From contig JAOAAX010000003.1 in the NCBI GenBank assembly GCA_026418675.1, positions 32,491-96,490 on the forward strand: a DNA stretch of 64,000 nt, read 5' to 3'. The first letter of the stretch is position 1, and each line of letters opens with the position of its first letter. Of the stretch, positions 20,379 through 30,361 are shown in pieces. Made by a program: the position numbers and the translations under genes. Below the pieces are notes generated by a model. That model was not told the origin of the DNA. It was given only the letters and a program-made list of their open reading frames with translations, and searched no databases. This DNA is from Chthoniobacterales bacterium. Lineage in GTDB: Bacteria; Verrucomicrobiota; Verrucomicrobiia; Chthoniobacterales; DYNR01.

Positions 20379-21131
20379 TTATTGGGGGAGGATTTGTATT
20401 TTGCTGGAATAGTGGGGATAACCCGGGATGGATGCGTAGAGAATGTAGGTTTTCGCTGGGAGGAGGTTACGAGTGGAGAGAGAGCCGGAGAATACGACTT
20501 TTTCTTTTGGGTTGATGGTTATGAAACTGGGTATTTCTTCGAAGCGTTGGTCGGTTGACCAGCGTTCGATTTCGGAACCGTTGGGATCGAGGAGGACGAG
20601 ATCGAATGTTTGGGTTGATGGGAATTCGAGGAGGATAAGGCGGTTGGTGTTGTTACGGATGGTGAATTTGGCGTGGATTTCATAGTAGCTGGAAATAGGA
20701 AAAGAAGGAGAGGGAGTTACGGAGAGGGAAATTTCCTCATTGTGAGCTTGTTTTTGTTCGGGGACGAATTCTTGGGAGATGTTTTGAAGGAAGTTTTTGA
20801 AGGTTGCAAAGAAAGGCATTTTCTGAGATGTTTGTTTTGTGCGTTCTTCTTCTTTTTGGTTTAGTTCTCGTTGATATGCGGATGCGAGGGCTAGTTTGGA
20901 AGGATCTGTTTCGAGAAAAAATGGGCTAACTTCGTCGAAATGGCGGAATTGTAGCTCGGTTAATTCAGGCGAAAGAGCGGGTGTTTGCCCGGTTGGAGAA
21001 TCGTTTGGGGTCTGCGCTTTGCATAAAGAAAGGAATTGGGAAAAAAGAAAAGAGCAGAGGAAAAAAAAGAAGAGGAAAGTTTTGTTAGTGAATGCCCGAA
21101 AAAAGCAGGTGTTAGAGGAATTTTCTTTCAC
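20379..21131 (-). CDS. Exported protein with BsuPI-like (proteinase inhibitor-related Ig-fold) domain
   Basis: Signal peptide; FTIRNNTNRLILLEFPSTQTFDLVLLDPNGSEIERWS resembles the BsuPI pattern. Confidence 0.7.
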   Translation of the reverse strand: MKENSSNTCFFRAFTNKTFLFFFFLCSFLFSQFLSLCKAQTPNDSPTGQTPALSPELTELQFRHFDEVSPFFLETDPSKLALASAYQRELNQKEEERTKQTSQKMPFFATFKNFLQNISQEFVPEQKQAHNEEISLSVTPSPSFPISSYYEIHAKFTIRNNTNRLILLEFPSTQTFDLVLLDPNGSEIERWSTDQRFEEIPSFITINPKEKVVFSGSLSTRNLLPAKTYILYASIPGYPHYSSKIQILPQ

Positions 21132-21193
21132 GATTTTAATAGATTCTGGAACGATTTTGGAAGGAAGTTAACAGCACGAGGGAGAAGAAACAA

Positions 21194-22777
21194 TTATTGT
21201 TTTGAGTTGTGTAAGGGGGATGAGGGGTGGAAATTTTCAAACCATTTGAGGAATTCGGAACAAGCGGCTTGGGCGTTGCTAACAGCAAGGCCTCCTGCAT
21301 CCTCAATTACTTTGACCTCGGAGTCTTCAAAGAGGCGGACGATAGTTTTTACATTTTTGGTATATTTAAGGACACGGAGAGCATCGGCTAGCTTTGGAAG
21401 GGATACAATAATTAGTGCAGCGTGGGTTGCGGAAGCTGCTTCGAGAATACGAGGATCGGAAGCGTCGCCTCGGATGCAAGGTATGGATTTTTTTTCTAGG
21501 GCTTCAATGACGGCGGGGTCATCGTCAACGACAAGGATTGAGTAGCCGGCATCGAGTAAAGGCTTAGCGGCCCACATTCCAGCATTGCCGAAGCCGAGGA
21601 TAAGGACATGGCCTTTACGAGGAAAGGAGGGGTGTGAGGGAGTTTTTCGTAAAGTCGGGTGCCAATGGAGAAGTTTCCAAGCTACCGAATCGGTCGCAAG
21701 GAATTGTGTGGCGGTCATGGTAGAAGTAGCAACTAGGGCGACTATCGTGAATTGCTCGCGGTCTAAGATTCCAAGCGACATTCCTACGAGGGCGGAGACA
21801 ATTCCGAGCTCGCTTGTTTGGGCGAGAAGGAGGCCGCACTCGATACCTGTGCGAGAATTTTGCCCTTTCCATTCGACAACAGCAGCAACGATTGGAGGAG
21901 TGGCCAAGATAATGATTGCAGCGAATGCTGCGGCTTGAAGAGGGATTTCCCAGCTTGGGATGATGAGAAGCGTGCCAAGGGCGATGAGGAATAATGCCTG
22001 GAAAAAGTCAGTCAAGGAACTTACTACACCTCTGACCAAACCATTAACAGGAAAGGCTGACAGTGAGAAACCTGCGAGAAAGGCTCCCGCTGCAATTGGC
22101 AGGCCGATTGCATTTGCGGCAGCAACAAACATAAACAGGAGTGCGATGGCGAGTAGAAGGAGCGTTTCATCGTCAGTGAGTAAGCGTTGAGCAAGATTGG
22201 GCAATAACCAGTAGTGACAAAACAAAGCCACTCCGGTGAGGCCGATAATTGCTGCAATGGCTTGAGGAATAGCCCAAATAGATGGTTTGGCAGAAGCACT
22301 CAAAAGAGAAACCATAACCAGAACTGCTGCGTCCTGCATAAGTAGAACGCCAGTGACTAGTCTTCCGAACTTTTCAAACATTTGTCTGCGTAGCCTTAGA
22401 TGGCGAATGACGACGATGGTGGAACTGGCTGCCATGGCACAGGCTAAATAAACGGCGGACGTTTCGCTATGGCCAAGAGCCATAGCTAGGAAAAAGGAAA
22501 CCAGCCCGACTCCTGCAAACTGAGCAGCTGCGGCCCAGGCGGCAGCTTCTGTTTCGTGTGCAAAACGACGAGGGGTTAGTTCCATGCCGGCACTGAAAAC
22601 AACAAAAGCAAGCCCAAGCTCTAAAATTGTTTTTGAGATTTCGTGAGATGGAGCAAAGGGGGTTAGGGAGAGGAGCCAACCGAGGGCAATTAATAGCGGT
22701 AAAGGGGTAAGCCGAAAATGGAAAGCGATTGCGTGAGCCAAGGCGGCTGCAGCAAGGATTACCGCAAGGCTAGTCAT
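21194..22777 (-). CDS. CPA2 cation:proton antiporter with C-terminal RCK/TrkA-N domain
   Basis: TM domain with LLMQD and LAQTSELG; RCK HVLILGFGNAG...GDASDP. Confidence 0.88.
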   Translation of the reverse strand: MTSLAVILAAAALAHAIAFHFRLTPLPLLIALGWLLSLTPFAPSHEISKTILELGLAFVVFSAGMELTPRRFAHETEAAAWAAAAQFAGVGLVSFFLAMALGHSETSAVYLACAMAASSTIVVIRHLRLRRQMFEKFGRLVTGVLLMQDAAVLVMVSLLSASAKPSIWAIPQAIAAIIGLTGVALFCHYWLLPNLAQRLLTDDETLLLLAIALLFMFVAAANAIGLPIAAGAFLAGFSLSAFPVNGLVRGVVSSLTDFFQALFLIALGTLLIIPSWEIPLQAAAFAAIIILATPPIVAAVVEWKGQNSRTGIECGLLLAQTSELGIVSALVGMSLGILDREQFTIVALVATSTMTATQFLATDSVAWKLLHWHPTLRKTPSHPSFPRKGHVLILGFGNAGMWAAKPLLDAGYSILVVDDDPAVIEALEKKSIPCIRGDASDPRILEAASATHAALIIVSLPKLADALRVLKYTKNVKTIVRLFEDSEVKVIEDAGGLAVSNAQAACSEFLKWFENFHPSSPLHNSKQ

Positions 22778-24462
22778 TAATGCAAAACTCCCAGCTTTTT
22801 CAAATGAGAGTTTTGTAACTTTATGCCGTCAACCTTGGAGAGCATAAGATAGGAGACATCTAGGTCTAATAAATTTTCTGCAACTGATTCATCAACGGTG
22901 TGAATAGCACAGGGGACACCGTATTGGCGTGCCCGAAAAGCGAGAAGTTCGTTTGCTTCTTCAATTTGGAGGGCGCTAATCAGGAGTTTAGCTCTTGGTA
23001 AACCTGCATCGAGTAAAACATCGAGAAACTCGGAACTGCCGAGCATGGTTTCGCAGGGAAGGTTTTCGAGTTTTCGTGGGTCGGTATCGAGTGCGATTAC
23101 TTTCTCTCCTCGGGCGCAAAGTTGGCGGACTATTTGTCTGCCGAGGCTGTTCATTCCAACGACGATTATGTGATTGGAGCGTTGTGCTAAGGGAAGACTG
23201 TCTTCTTCCTTTGTGGTCCGATTAGTAGTTTGAAATGGAGAGAGAAGTCCAATTTTTTTGCACCAGATATAAAGGTTTTGATTATAAAGGATGAAGTAAA
23301 CGGAGATAGCGATAGTAAGAATTCCAACGAAGGCGGTTATGTCGATAATGCGTTGGGAAGAAATACCTATTTGGACACACATAGCAGTTAGCAGGAAGGA
23401 GAATTCGCTGACTTGGGCGAGTGTGATGCTTGAAAACAGAGAAGTGCGCTCGCTATAACCCATTTTGGAGATGATGGGAATGAAAGTAAGTGGTTTTCCC
23501 AGGAGAACGAAGAGTGTGAGGATGAGGATGGGAAGGATTTCTCTCGAAGCGTTACCGAGTGAGACTCCTGCTCCAAGTGTTACGAAAAAAACTGCTATGA
23601 AGAAGTTCATTAGGGGTTTTATTCGGTGCTGAAGGTCTCTGCTATGGGGTGATTGAGCAAGGCTTAAACCTGCGAAGAAAGCGCCAAGCTCCAGTGAGAG
23701 TTCTAAGGAATGAGCCACCGAAACAACTGCAAAACACCATCCAAGGCTCAAGAGGAAAATTGTGGCAGGAGAGGGGGAAAAGTAGCGTAAGAGAGGAGGG
23801 AGGAGGTAGTTGGCCGCGATGAGCACGGCGCCGAGAAGAAGACTCATGGCAAGGAAAGCTTTCCCAATACCCATAGCTATGGATAGAGAAGTGGTGAGGG
23901 AAGTTTCTCCGCTTTCTAAAAAGTTTTGCGGGGTGTGGTTGAGTTCCAAGCCAGTTAAGATAGTCAGTAAAAAAATGACAATAATGTCCTGAACTAAGAA
24001 AATACCGATAGCAATACGGCCATAGAGGGTGTCCATTTCATTTTTGTCGGAGAGAATTTTGACGACGACGACTGTGCTTGAAAATGTGAGGGCTATTGAG
24101 AGGAGGAGAGAATCGAGAGGCGAAAAGCCTAAAAGTAAACAAACCAAGAAACCACCTCCTGTAGTGGAAACAACCTGGCCTATTCCAGCGACTATGGCTA
24201 CTAAACCGACTTCGCGGACTTTCTCGATATTAAGCTCGAGGCCAACAAGGAAGAGCATTAAGACGACTCCGATTTCGGATGCAAGTTGGAGTGTTGCGGT
24301 GTTTGAAATGATTCCTGTAACTGGACCGAGTAGGATGCCCGCTGCCAAACAGGCGACAATGGGAGGAAGGCGAATAGCACGAGCTGCCAGCATGCAGACG
24401 GCCGCTCCTACAATGACCCAGCCGAGCAAGACCAACGGAGAGTCTTCAGTCATTCCCGGCAA
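22777..24462 (-). CDS. CPA2 cation:proton antiporter (KefC-like) with RCK/TrkA-N domain
   Basis: GVVLMLFLVGLEL, FSSTVVVVK, FLVQD, LAQVSEFS; RCK HIIVVGMNSLG. Confidence 0.9.
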   Translation of the reverse strand: MPGMTEDSPLVLLGWVIVGAAVCMLAARAIRLPPIVACLAAGILLGPVTGIISNTATLQLASEIGVVLMLFLVGLELNIEKVREVGLVAIVAGIGQVVSTTGGGFLVCLLLGFSPLDSLLLSIALTFSSTVVVVKILSDKNEMDTLYGRIAIGIFLVQDIIVIFLLTILTGLELNHTPQNFLESGETSLTTSLSIAMGIGKAFLAMSLLLGAVLIAANYLLPPLLRYFSPSPATIFLLSLGWCFAVVSVAHSLELSLELGAFFAGLSLAQSPHSRDLQHRIKPLMNFFIAVFFVTLGAGVSLGNASREILPILILTLFVLLGKPLTFIPIISKMGYSERTSLFSSITLAQVSEFSFLLTAMCVQIGISSQRIIDITAFVGILTIAISVYFILYNQNLYIWCKKIGLLSPFQTTNRTTKEEDSLPLAQRSNHIIVVGMNSLGRQIVRQLCARGEKVIALDTDPRKLENLPCETMLGSSEFLDVLLDAGLPRAKLLISALQIEEANELLAFRARQYGVPCAIHTVDESVAENLLDLDVSYLMLSKVDGIKLQNSHLKKLGVLH

Positions 24463-24480
24463 GGGAAAGTATCAGAAGAG

Positions 24481-25302
24481 TTAAGAGAGGCGAAATAAAT
24501 CCCAGAGAAATTCCCACCACAGGAAGAACATGCCTCGCAAGGAGTATCGGACATAGCCATCCGATTCTTGGCGTAGGATTCCCTTTTGGATATTAAAGCG
24601 GACTTGTTCCTCTGCAAAAGATTTTAAAAGTTCAAGTAATTCTTCTGTTTTCTGCGGTTCAATTTTTTCTGGGGCGATGCCGTTAATTTCTAGGAACTGC
24701 TTGTGATAGTGGAGCATTTGGTTGAATTCGCAAAAAGGGATGCGTTGGATTTTCCAAGTTTTTGGAACAAGCATTCCATAAGAGAAAGGGTAATTCCAGG
24801 TAAGGAACTTTCGGCGAGGTTCAACAGTTAAGGTAGTGATAGCTGTATAGTAAAAAGTTGCCGTGGCACGTTCGATAAAACAGATTGTAGCATGGTTGCG
24901 ATGAGCAGGGTTGTAGAAGATTCGGTAAAAATTACGCATATCTTCAATTTGCCAACCGGCGTCGAAGATATGTTCGTATTTTTCCTGTTCGATTTGTTCG
25001 GAGAGGTCGGATAAATCGGGAAAAGAGGAAGAATTTGGTGGGGGGCAATGCTTGATGGGAGGACGAATAGGAAGGCGTAATTTGCGGACGTAGAAGAGGA
25101 TTTCAATCCAAGGCAAGAAGAGCCAGGTGGCAGCAAAGATAGTTCCAAGCCATAGGCTCCCACCGAGTAACCATCCTGCGAGGAAGGAAGTAACGAAGAC
25201 TCCAAGCGTTCCTAGACGGCGCAGGAATGGATGACCCAAACTATGTAAGGCCCAAGTAAGGACCGCCGAACCGCAAACAAGGAGCAAATTTGAAAGCATC
25301 AT
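24481..25302 (-). CDS. Hypothetical membrane protein
   Basis: 273-aa ORF with 2-3 N-terminal TM helices; ATGA-coupled to the glutaredoxin gene. Confidence 0.8.
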   Translation of the reverse strand: MMLSNLLLVCGSAVLTWALHSLGHPFLRRLGTLGVFVTSFLAGWLLGGSLWLGTIFAATWLFLPWIEILFYVRKLRLPIRPPIKHCPPPNSSSFPDLSDLSEQIEQEKYEHIFDAGWQIEDMRNFYRIFYNPAHRNHATICFIERATATFYYTAITTLTVEPRRKFLTWNYPFSYGMLVPKTWKIQRIPFCEFNQMLHYHKQFLEINGIAPEKIEPQKTEELLELLKSFAEEQVRFNIQKGILRQESDGYVRYSLRGMFFLWWEFLWDLFRLS

Positions 25303-25541
25303 GAAATGACTCCTTTTTGGCGTAAAAAAAGTTCGAGTTGTCTTGTATCGAAATCTGGCAGGACATCGCCGTCTGGCATTTCTAAAGTAGGGGTGAGACT
25401 TTGTCCGGAAATTTTTCGCATGTGAGAATAAGCGGAGGAATCTAATGTGACATCAATAACTTCATGAGGAATTTTTCTTACTCGTAGCCACTCCAATGCA
25501 TCAATGCACCAAGGGCACCAGGGTTTAATATAGATTTTCAT
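25299..25541 (-). CDS. Glutaredoxin/NrdH-like protein
   Basis: IYIKPWCPWC (CxxC), SGQSLTPTL cis-Pro loop. Start between 25541 and 25568. Confidence 0.88.
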   Translation of the reverse strand: MKIYIKPWCPWCIDALEWLRVRKIPHEVIDVTLDSSAYSHMRKISGQSLTPTLEMPDGDVLPDFDTRQLELFLRQKGVIS

Positions 25542-25626
25542 ATCGAAAAAATTCATTCTCGTCTCCAAATGAAAACCAGAATGGTGCTTGAAATTAGCGG
25601 AACTAAGTTAGGGACTGAGTTGTTTA

Positions 25627-25872
25627 TTAGGGGTTATTGTTAGGGAAGAAACGCAAGGGCTGATATTGAGGTTGTTTGGAATCGGGAGAAAGGTTGTGAG
25701 GGGATTGGTTGTTGATATGACCCTCTTTTTTTTGATGAACATATTCGGGAAAGACTTTTTCAGCAGAACGGCGCTGGCACCCAAAGGAAGGGAAAAAGAA
25801 GGGAAGGATTATTAAAAAGAAAAAGAAGTTTTTGAGTAGAGATAGGGATGGACGTTTCATGCTATCGAGCAA
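25627..25872 (-). CDS. Small hypothetical lipoprotein
   Basis: Hydrophobic stretch then SFGC; co-oriented with neighbours. Confidence 0.5.
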   Translation of the reverse strand: MLDSMKRPSLSLLKNFFFFLIILPFFFPSFGCQRRSAEKVFPEYVHQKKEGHINNQSPHNLSPDSKQPQYQPLRFFPNNNP

Positions 25873-25939
25873 AAAAAATCGGTCAGGTTACCTACTTTTC
25901 AAATAAAAAAATGGAGATGAGTTGGAAAAGGAATTGTTT

Positions 25940-27322
25940 TCAGGGACGAGGCGAAAGGACCATTCGGTAAAGACGTAAGGAAAGAAGGGAGGCAACGCAG
26001 GCTAGTCCTATAGCAAGGCCGATCCAGATTCCTTGAGCCCCTATCCTCAAAGCGAATGCGAGTAAAGCAGAGAGTGGTAGAGCAAGGAACCAGTAAGCGA
26101 GATAAGTTATTAACATTGGGATGCGGACGTCTCCCATTCCGCGAAGGGCTCCCACAGAGACAATTTGGGTTCCATCGAAAAGTTGGAATATTCCGACTAT
26201 AACAAGGAGATTAGAAGCCAAGTTAACGACTTCGTAGGTTTGCAAGAACCATGAAGAGATTTGCCTGGCGAATACGAAAAAGATTACGGCAGAGAGTGAC
26301 ATAATAAAGAGGGAAAAGAAGAGACCGGATGCTGCGACAGGCAGGAGTTTGTGGTTTTGACGGCTCCCGAAAATTTGGCCGATTCTTACGGTTAATGCGT
26401 GAGAAACGCCAAGTGGGATCATGAAGGAAGTGCCGGCGCAAGTTAGAGCGATTTGGTGGGCAGCAAGAGAAACCGAACCCAGCCACCCCATCATTAGCCC
26501 TGCGAAGGAGAAAGCTCCAACTTCTGCAATGACCTGTAGCCCGGAAGGTAGGCCTATTCGGAACAGGGTTGGGATGTGCTTAAAAATCCTAAGAAACAAC
26601 TCTTTAGAGGGAAATGATTTCAGACTTAGCAAGAAGGCGCGGAAGTGAGGAACTGCGAAGATTATCAAAATTAGCAAAATCATACTGGCCAATCGGCTTA
26701 GGAACGTGGCCAAACCTGCGCCGGTAAGTTCTAAAGGGATTACTCCTAAGTTGCCGTAAATAAATACCCAGTTTAAAAAGACATTCAATAGGACGCTGGT
26801 CAAAGTTACCCAAAAAGGGAGCCAAGGACGTAAAACTGACTCGGCAAAGGATTTTGCAGAGGTAAAAATCAAAGTGGGGACAATTGAAGCAGCAACGAAA
26901 ATCAAGTAGGTCTTGGATTTGTTTACAACTTCGACAGGTTGGCCAAGGAATTGATAAATTGGAAGTAAAGCTATAGCAACGAAACTTAGGAGGAGTCCGC
27001 AAAGCAAAGCGAGAAGCCCACCTGCGAGGAGAACCTCGCCGACTTCTTCTTTTCTCCCTCCTCCAAATGCTTGTGAAGCAAGGACAGAGACGGATGACAT
27101 GACCCCGTATCCAAAAACCAAAAAAACAATCAGGACGTTATTTGCAAAGGCACATGCTGCCAATGGGGTAACTCCGAGGGGGCCAATCATTAGATTGTCT
27201 GCCCAACTGAGGAGCATTTGCCCGATTAAACCTGCAACCATTGGTGCGGAAAGCCGAAGTGTCGCCGGTATTTCTAGTATTATCTCTTGAAGGTCGAATT
27301 TTCTTTTCAGCAGTTTGGGCAA
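25940..27322 (-). CDS. MATE family efflux transporter (NorM-like)
   Basis: ADNLMIG, NVFLNWVFIYG, GAGLAT, LAAHQIA, FQLFDGTQ, GALRGMGD; about 12 TMs. Confidence 0.93.
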   Translation of the reverse strand: MPKLLKRKFDLQEIILEIPATLRLSAPMVAGLIGQMLLSWADNLMIGPLGVTPLAACAFANNVLIVFLVFGYGVMSSVSVLASQAFGGGRKEEVGEVLLAGGLLALLCGLLLSFVAIALLPIYQFLGQPVEVVNKSKTYLIFVAASIVPTLIFTSAKSFAESVLRPWLPFWVTLTSVLLNVFLNWVFIYGNLGVIPLELTGAGLATFLSRLASMILLILIIFAVPHFRAFLLSLKSFPSKELFLRIFKHIPTLFRIGLPSGLQVIAEVGAFSFAGLMMGWLGSVSLAAHQIALTCAGTSFMIPLGVSHALTVRIGQIFGSRQNHKLLPVAASGLFFSLFIMSLSAVIFFVFARQISSWFLQTYEVVNLASNLLVIVGIFQLFDGTQIVSVGALRGMGDVRIPMLITYLAYWFLALPLSALLAFALRIGAQGIWIGLAIGLACVASLLSLRLYRMVLSPRP

Positions 27323-27665
27323 AATTTAGTTGTTTGTTTTATGAAAGGAGAGGGAATCGAAAATAAAAATTAGAAGCTTGAGGGAAGCTATTTCGGTTAG
27401 TGATGAGTTTCTATCGGCAGTTTGGAGTTTTTTTGGATAGTTTTTAAATGGGGAAGGTGTGGCAACAAAAACGGCTGGAACGCTTATAGAAAAACAAACT
27501 TTCAGACATAGTTTTTTAGTTGAATCGGTTTTTTGAGGCTCAAAAGGTGATGTGTTTATCTAGAAAACAAAAAGATGACATTATTGTCTATAAAATTTAT
27601 TTGGGCGTGAAGAGATTTGCCTTGCAGGTAGGGAGGGAGAGTTAGTAAAAGCGCAAATGTAGACA

Positions 27666-28169
27666 ATGCAGCTTGCAATTTTTTGGATATTTTCGGTTTT
27701 GATGTTACTGTTTGCCGGGTTAGTGGTAGTGATGCGTAATCCGGTGGCAAGTGCGTTGAGTTTGGTAATGTGTTTTATATGTCTTGCTGGGTTGTATTTT
27801 ACCCTTGATGCGTTTTTCATAGGGATTATACAGATTTTGGTCTATGCGGGTGCAGTGATGGTTTTGTTTTTGTTTATTATAATGCTATTGAATTTGAAAG
27901 AGGAAGTTGCGAGGCGGTTGAAATTATCAGCCTTTTTTGGTGGTGGGCTTGTTTTGTGTGGTTTTGTCTATGCAATGGTAAAAGCTGTTATAAACTTACC
28001 GGAAGTTTGGCAAACGGCGCCCAAGCTAGAAACAGGCGGGATTTCAGATGTTGCTCGGATAGGTTTTAAGCTTTTTGAGACTTATAATATGCCCCTTCAG
28101 ATAGTCGGAGTTATTCTCTTGGTTGCTACGATTGGGGTCGTTTTTTTAAGTAGTCGTCAATTGCGTTAA
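27666..28169 (+). CDS. nuoJ: NADH-quinone oxidoreductase subunit J
   Basis: [29 protein letters not shown]. Confidence 0.95.
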   Translation: MQLAIFWIFSVLMLLFAGLVVVMRNPVASALSLVMCFICLAGLYFTLDAFFIGIIQILVYAGAVMVLFLFIIMLLNLKEEVARRLKLSAFFGGGLVLCGFVYAMVKAVINLPEVWQTAPKLETGGISDVARIGFKLFETYNMPLQIVGVILLVATIGVVFLSSRQLR

Positions 28170-28182
28170 TCTAAAAAACTAT

Positions 28183-28527
28183 ATGGATATTGCTAATTTT
28201 GCCGAAGCGTCAGCGACTCTAGGGCACTATTTGATAGTCAGTGGGTTGCTCTTTGGGATTGGATTGATGGCGGTTTTGCTAAGGAGAAACATCATTATTT
28301 TGTTCATGGGTGTGGAAATGATGCTGAATGCGGCAAATTTGAGTTTAGTGGCTTTTTCGCGTTTTCATCCTGTTGGAGGTGGACCGGCCGTTGATTCACA
28401 GGTCTTTTTGTTTTTTATAATTACGGTAGCTGCTGCGGAAGTTGCGATTGGGTTAGCGATAATAGTGGCACTTTATCGAGCGAAGCAAACAATGCACGTG
28501 GAGGATTTGGATAGTTTAAGATTTTAG
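28183..28527 (+). CDS. nuoK: NADH-quinone oxidoreductase subunit K
   Basis: [26 protein letters not shown]. Confidence 0.95.
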   Translation: MDIANFAEASATLGHYLIVSGLLFGIGLMAVLLRRNIIILFMGVEMMLNAANLSLVAFSRFHPVGGGPAVDSQVFLFFIITVAAAEVAIGLAIIVALYRAKQTMHVEDLDSLRF

Positions 28528-28543
28528 TAAAAAAGCGTATCGA

Positions 28544-30361
28544 ATGATGATTGCAGCGATTCCATGGATATTGTTGCTTTCCCCCTTAGTTGGGTGTGTG
28601 TTAATTTTATTTTTTGGAAGAGCAAGTAAGTTGTTGAGTTCTGGGATTGGGATTTTTTGTGCTGGGCTATCCCTCCTTTGCGCTTGGTTTTTGTGGTTAA
28701 AAGGAGGAGTGGTAGAAGTTCCCTCCTTTCCTTGGGTTGATTATACTTCGTTTGGAAAGCAGTTTCGGATCTCTATTGGCTTTTTGTTGGACGATTTAAG
28801 TTTGCCGATGTTGGTAGTTGTAACGACAGTGGCCTTTTTGGTTTTCATCTATTCTGTAGGTTATATGGCTCAAGAGGAGGGATATTGGAGGTATTTTGCG
28901 GGGTTATGCTTGTTTTTGTTTTCCATGTTAGGGATTGTTGTGGCGGAGAATTTTGTCATGATGTTTCTGTTTTGGGAGCTTGTTGGAGTTAGTTCGTATA
29001 TATTGATTGGGCATTATTTTCGTAGGGATTCGGCAGCGGATGCTGCCAAGCAGGCTTTTACAGTTAACCGTGTGGGGGATTTTGGTTTTCTACTGGGAAT
29101 TCTATTGATCTGGCTTTATTCAGGGACTTTTTCGTTTAACGATTTGAAAGGCAAAGCTCAAGTTATTACTGATGCAGCGCCGTGGTTATTAACTACTGGT
29201 TTGGTATTGGTGTTTCTTGGGACTGTGGGGAAATCTGCACAGTTTCCTCTGCATGTTTGGTTGCCGAATTCGATGGAAGGTCCTACCCCTGTTTCCTCAT
29301 TACTGCATGCGGCAACGATGGTTGCTGCTGGTGTTTATATGCTAGCCCGGATTTTTCCTGCTTTGTCACTTTCACCGATTGCTCTGGAGGTAGTAAGTTG
29401 GGTTGGAGGTATAACATGTTTTCTGGCTGCGTTAATGGGGACACAACAGAATGATATTAAAAGAATTTTGGCTTATTCCACTATATCGCAATTGGGTTAC
29501 ATGGTAATTGGGATATCAGTGGCAACTGCTTCAACAGTTGCGGTTTTCCATTTATTTACGCATGCGTTTTTTAAATGTCTTTTATTCTTGTGTGCTGGTT
29601 CTGTTATTGTTGGAATGCATCATGAGCAGGATATTTGGAAGATGGGATCTCTAAAAAATAAAATGCCATTGACGTTTATCATGATGGGGATTGGAACTTT
29701 TGCTTTGGCAGGTGTTCCTCCTTTTAGTGGTTATTTTAGTAAAGATTTAATTTTGGAATGGGCATGGATAAAAGGGACACCTGTTTTTTGGTTTGGTGCT
29801 ATAACAATAGCTCTTACAACTTTTTACATATTTCGTTTATTTTTTGTTGTTTTTTTGGGTCCACCGCGTTCTGACGAAGCGAAACATGCACAAGAATCTC
29901 CTAGAGTTATGCTCCTACCGATGTTGATATTGTCAATTTTGTCTTTGACTGTTGGGTGGCCATTTATTGGGCACTTTTTTATTCAGCCTGTGCATCCAGA
30001 ACATGTTCCATTATTTTTGCGTTTCATTCTTATAGGTTTTTTGGCAGTTGGGGCACTTGTTGCTTATCTTCTATATGCTAAGGGACCTTTGAAAGATCCT
30101 ATACAAGTTGCAGTATTTGAAAATCGGTTTTACATAGATAATTTTTATGATTGGTTAGTGAAAGAAATACAGGGGCGATTTGCTGGGATTTGTGCTTTTG
30201 TTGATCGTTGGGTTGTTGATGGGTTTGTAAAGATTGCCTCAGGATGTGTTTGGCTTTTCGGTTTTTGCTTGCGTATGTTGCAGGTTGGGAATATTCAAGC
30301 TTATGCTTTTTATTTTGGAGCTGGGATTTTGTTAATTTTCTTTTTACTTTTGAGTAAATGA
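28544..30361 (+). CDS. nuoL: NADH-quinone oxidoreductase subunit L
   Basis: WELVGVSSY, NRVGDFG, KSAQFPLHVWLP, EGPTPVS, HAATMVAAG, THAFFK. Confidence 0.96.
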   Translation: MMIAAIPWILLLSPLVGCVLILFFGRASKLLSSGIGIFCAGLSLLCAWFLWLKGGVVEVPSFPWVDYTSFGKQFRISIGFLLDDLSLPMLVVVTTVAFLVFIYSVGYMAQEEGYWRYFAGLCLFLFSMLGIVVAENFVMMFLFWELVGVSSYILIGHYFRRDSAADAAKQAFTVNRVGDFGFLLGILLIWLYSGTFSFNDLKGKAQVITDAAPWLLTTGLVLVFLGTVGKSAQFPLHVWLPNSMEGPTPVSSLLHAATMVAAGVYMLARIFPALSLSPIALEVVSWVGGITCFLAALMGTQQNDIKRILAYSTISQLGYMVIGISVATASTVAVFHLFTHAFFKCLLFLCAGSVIVGMHHEQDIWKMGSLKNKMPLTFIMMGIGTFALAGVPPFSGYFSKDLILEWAWIKGTPVFWFGAITIALTTFYIFRLFFVVFLGPPRSDEAKHAQESPRVMLLPMLILSILSLTVGWPFIGHFFIQPVHPEHVPLFLRFILIGFLAVGALVAYLLYAKGPLKDPIQVAVFENRFYIDNFYDWLVKEIQGRFAGICAFVDRWVVDGFVKIASGCVWLFGFCLRMLQVGNIQAYAFYFGAGILLIFFLLLSK

